Assembly: GCA_964016885.1 (NCBI GenBank)
Contig: OZ024741.1
Location: 178,560,001-178,624,000, forward strand
Direction of reading: 5' to 3'
DNA from: Eledone cirrhosa
Taxonomy: Eukaryota
Length of the DNA stretch: 64,000 nucleotides
Part shown: positions 60,340 through 64,000 of the stretch, one piece after another
Layout: each line of letters begins with the position of its first letter
Numbering within the stretch: the stretch's first letter is position 1
Made by a program: the position numbers and the translations under genes
The notes under the pieces: model-generated
What the model was told of the DNA's origin: nothing
Database searches by the model: none
The model's input: only the letters and a program-made list of their open reading frames with translations

Positions 60340-60459
60340 TAAGAAGACATGGTGTATTTATTAAATATGAATTTGACTGAAGACAGACACAACATCTGTC
60401 TTCAAGAAAGCACTGGTAAATGAAATAATTTTTCCTGTACCATTCTGACGGAAATACTT

Positions 60460-60502
<43 letters not shown>

Positions 60503-61197
60503 ATTTACATATACACAAACTAGAAAAAGTCATAGATATATATATATATATATATGTTTTGGGGAACCATTCACGATGTGGCTCAATGACGAATTAATTA
60601 ATTAAATAATGAACAATCAGAGCAATATACAATAAAGTATGTCCATAGAATCATTTGATAAGATACATACACCATCTCCTCTCCCAATCAGCATAATAAA
60701 CCACACAAAAAAACAATTAAACCAGGCTATAAGATTAAAAGGCACCTATGAAGAAATAATAGATAAATAAACGACAGCCATCTATTCGCGATCAACAGCT
60801 ATAGAATATTTACCCAGCATTTCAATAGCACGTGGAAATCCATTAAATATATCGTCAACCATACACAATTAGGTATAAAATCAAAGTTAGAAGAAAAGGT
60901 TGAGATGCAATTTAGGCTATATTAGGCTGCGCTTTCTAACAACCAGCCCACTCCCTGTAAGGCACCAATCACATTCTTTCTGAGTTGACCACTGTCACGT
61001 CACAGTTCTTAGTCCTTTTGAATTCGTTTCTGGCGGGGATCATTTAAGAAAAATCTTCGTCCAAGTGAGTTTGTTTCCTGATGATTTCGAAGCTCGTGAA
61101 TTTATCCTTGATCGGATATTTCCAAAAGCGTATGAAACCCCACGGGGTAGAAACGTAATCTTGGTATGTTTATATACATTATTTATATATATATATT

Positions 61198-61252
<55 letters not shown>

Positions 61253-61299
61253 ATATATATATATTTCTTATCTGAAAGCGTGAGTTGAAACGGATATTG

Positions 61300-61590
61300 T
61301 TAGACTTGGGGAGGGGTCATGCTGCCAATAAAAACGCACGCACCTGCTGGTTTTCACTTCAATTTATTATCAATTACAAAAACAAGATAGTGTACGTCGG
61401 ACCAAAGGAGTGACAGAAAATAAGAAACCAGTCACTCAAGAGTTCACAAAATGTGTGACAAAAGAGCTTTGGCAATATATAAACAACCATTCGGTTATTG
61501 AACCAACCAACCCAAAATTTATGATGAATTGAAGTAAAAAGCAACACTTGCGTGTGTTTTTATTGGTAGCATGGCCCTCCCAAAGTATTA
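61300..61590. mobile_element. Solo PLE tail (family of 22415-22600) with inverted 5' part and decayed HHR (61431-61473)
   Basis: GTCA-CTCAAGA-G-TTCACA-AAATG-TGTGAC-AAAA-GAGC-TT-TGGC; 61300-61375 is the reverse complement of 61520-61590. Confidence 0.7.
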
Positions 61591-62142
61591 CTATATATAT
61601 ATATGTGTGGGGGTATGTGTGTGTGCATGTGTGTCTATCCCATGCTCCCATGCGTAAATTGACACTGGGTCTTTACGAACAAGGGACCAACGAATGTACC
61701 CCCAAAGAATTATTCTAAACAATGCTGAACCTGACTGCTAAATGAAGACATTTCCTATGCTATTATCTCCGGATAGACGGAAGGGAAACCTTTTATAAGA
61801 CCTGCGTGGCTTCATTTATATGTTTTTGTAGTACGAAGTGGGTTTTGATCCATAGAAACGTTCATATTATTACTGTATGTCTACTGTTATACTATTATTT
61901 ACTTAATGTCGATTTCGGCTTCTTCTTATTGATACTGTATTTTGTTTTTTAATGTCGAGTTCAGACTCAACAATTAATAACGGTTGCAGTCAACACCATA
62001 AATGTCATCTACTTATATGACTTTTACACGAATACAATCGATATATATTTGTATACATACATATATATATGCTTGTAAGTATGTGTACGTGTGTGTGTTA
62101 GAGAGTATTTGGATTTGTATATATATATATATATATATACAA

Positions 62143-62932
<790 letters not shown>

Positions 62933-63166
62933 TTTTTACCAGGGGGAAAAAAATACTGGTCCACCCACACACACACACACACACATATATATACACACAC
63001 ACATACACACGCGTACATTAACATACAAAGAGACTTATACACACACACACACGCACTTCTCCGTATAAGACAAAAGCTGAAAAATATCTTTTGACATGCT
63101 AAAATACCCCCCATTGCTTTCCGACACATTCTTACTGACCATCCCTGCTACCACGAATTACTCTGC

Positions 63167-63225
<59 letters not shown>

Positions 63226-63801
63226 ATCTTAATAGCCATTTGACACACATCCCTGCTAACCATTATCACAACATCGAACACCTTACTACTACTACACACA
63301 CACACACATATTTGTTGTGAAAGAGTCATTTCTCAATCTTGGCGCAAAACCAATTTTTTATTCACATGACATCTACCGACCAATCAAAATTGTTTTGACC
63401 ACAAGAATTTTTGCAAACACCAAATAGCGCTGGAGCCACTTTTTTAACATAAAAACAGTCTTGGCGCAAAATCAATTTTTTACATTCACATGACCTCTAC
63501 CGACCAATCAAAATTGTTTTAACCACAAGAATTTTTGCAACACCAAAGTAACGCTGGAGCCACTTTTTTAACATAAAAACAGGTAGAATTCCCAAAACTA
63601 ATCAGATCAGAGCAAACAACACGGACACTCTAACTCAAAATTATTTTTGAAAAGCATTTAGAAATGCGCAACCGGTAAAAACTTAAAAACTTAAAACCAC
63701 AACTGAATACTAACCCATACAATCACTAATACTCTTTTATTCCTAATTAAACCATTTTTCAACTGTGAACAATTTGTCAGCATTTTCTATTCCGTTTACC
63801 A

Positions 63802-63805
<4 letters not shown>
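62933..63805 (+). mobile_element. Third copy (3' tail only) of the palindromic PLE, with internal ~120-bp tandem duplication
   Basis: Matches 29137-29967; TCTTGGCGCAAAA...AACATAAAAACAG occurs twice (~63337 and ~63459). Confidence 0.88.
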
Positions 63806-63891
<86 letters not shown>

Positions 63892-64000
63892 ATATATATA
63901 TAAATAACCTCTGTCATTTTCGTTCAACAAATTTATTTACCTTATTCTTAGACTCCGGAACTGAGAATCAATCGGTTTCCTAAATAGAATATTAGTCTAA

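Overview
AT-rich, microsatellite-saturated eukaryotic (metazoan) DNA. The SINE and RTE-tail families match what I recognise from octopod cephalopod genomes; this is inferred from repeat content only. No intact host gene is evident, and most ORF-track calls are translations of (TA)n/(CA)n/(GA)n repeats. The window is mostly retroelement remnants: (1) a near full-length, frameshifted L1/Tx1-type LINE (47490-53347) between (ATT)n tracts; (2) an R4/Dong-like RLE LINE 3' fragment ending in a SINE (ATT)n tail; (3) RTE fragments, two with 5' inversions; (4) at least six Penelope-like (PLE) RT/GIY-YIG remnants, including a 3.9-kb palindrome; (5) more than a dozen tRNA-derived SINE copies, including a 196-bp tandem array. 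The main hidden layer is about 15 type I hammerhead ribozyme (HHR) motifs, intact or decayed, from several sequence families. They lie in PLE tails and in small non-coding units inside (TA)n tracts, often as inverted pairs. One sits in a structured 466-bp unit with terminal direct repeats that resembles a retrozyme. Faint traces of a decayed LRR-GPCR (GRL101/LGR-like) pseudogene and a few exon-like segments on the minus strand are reported at low confidence.
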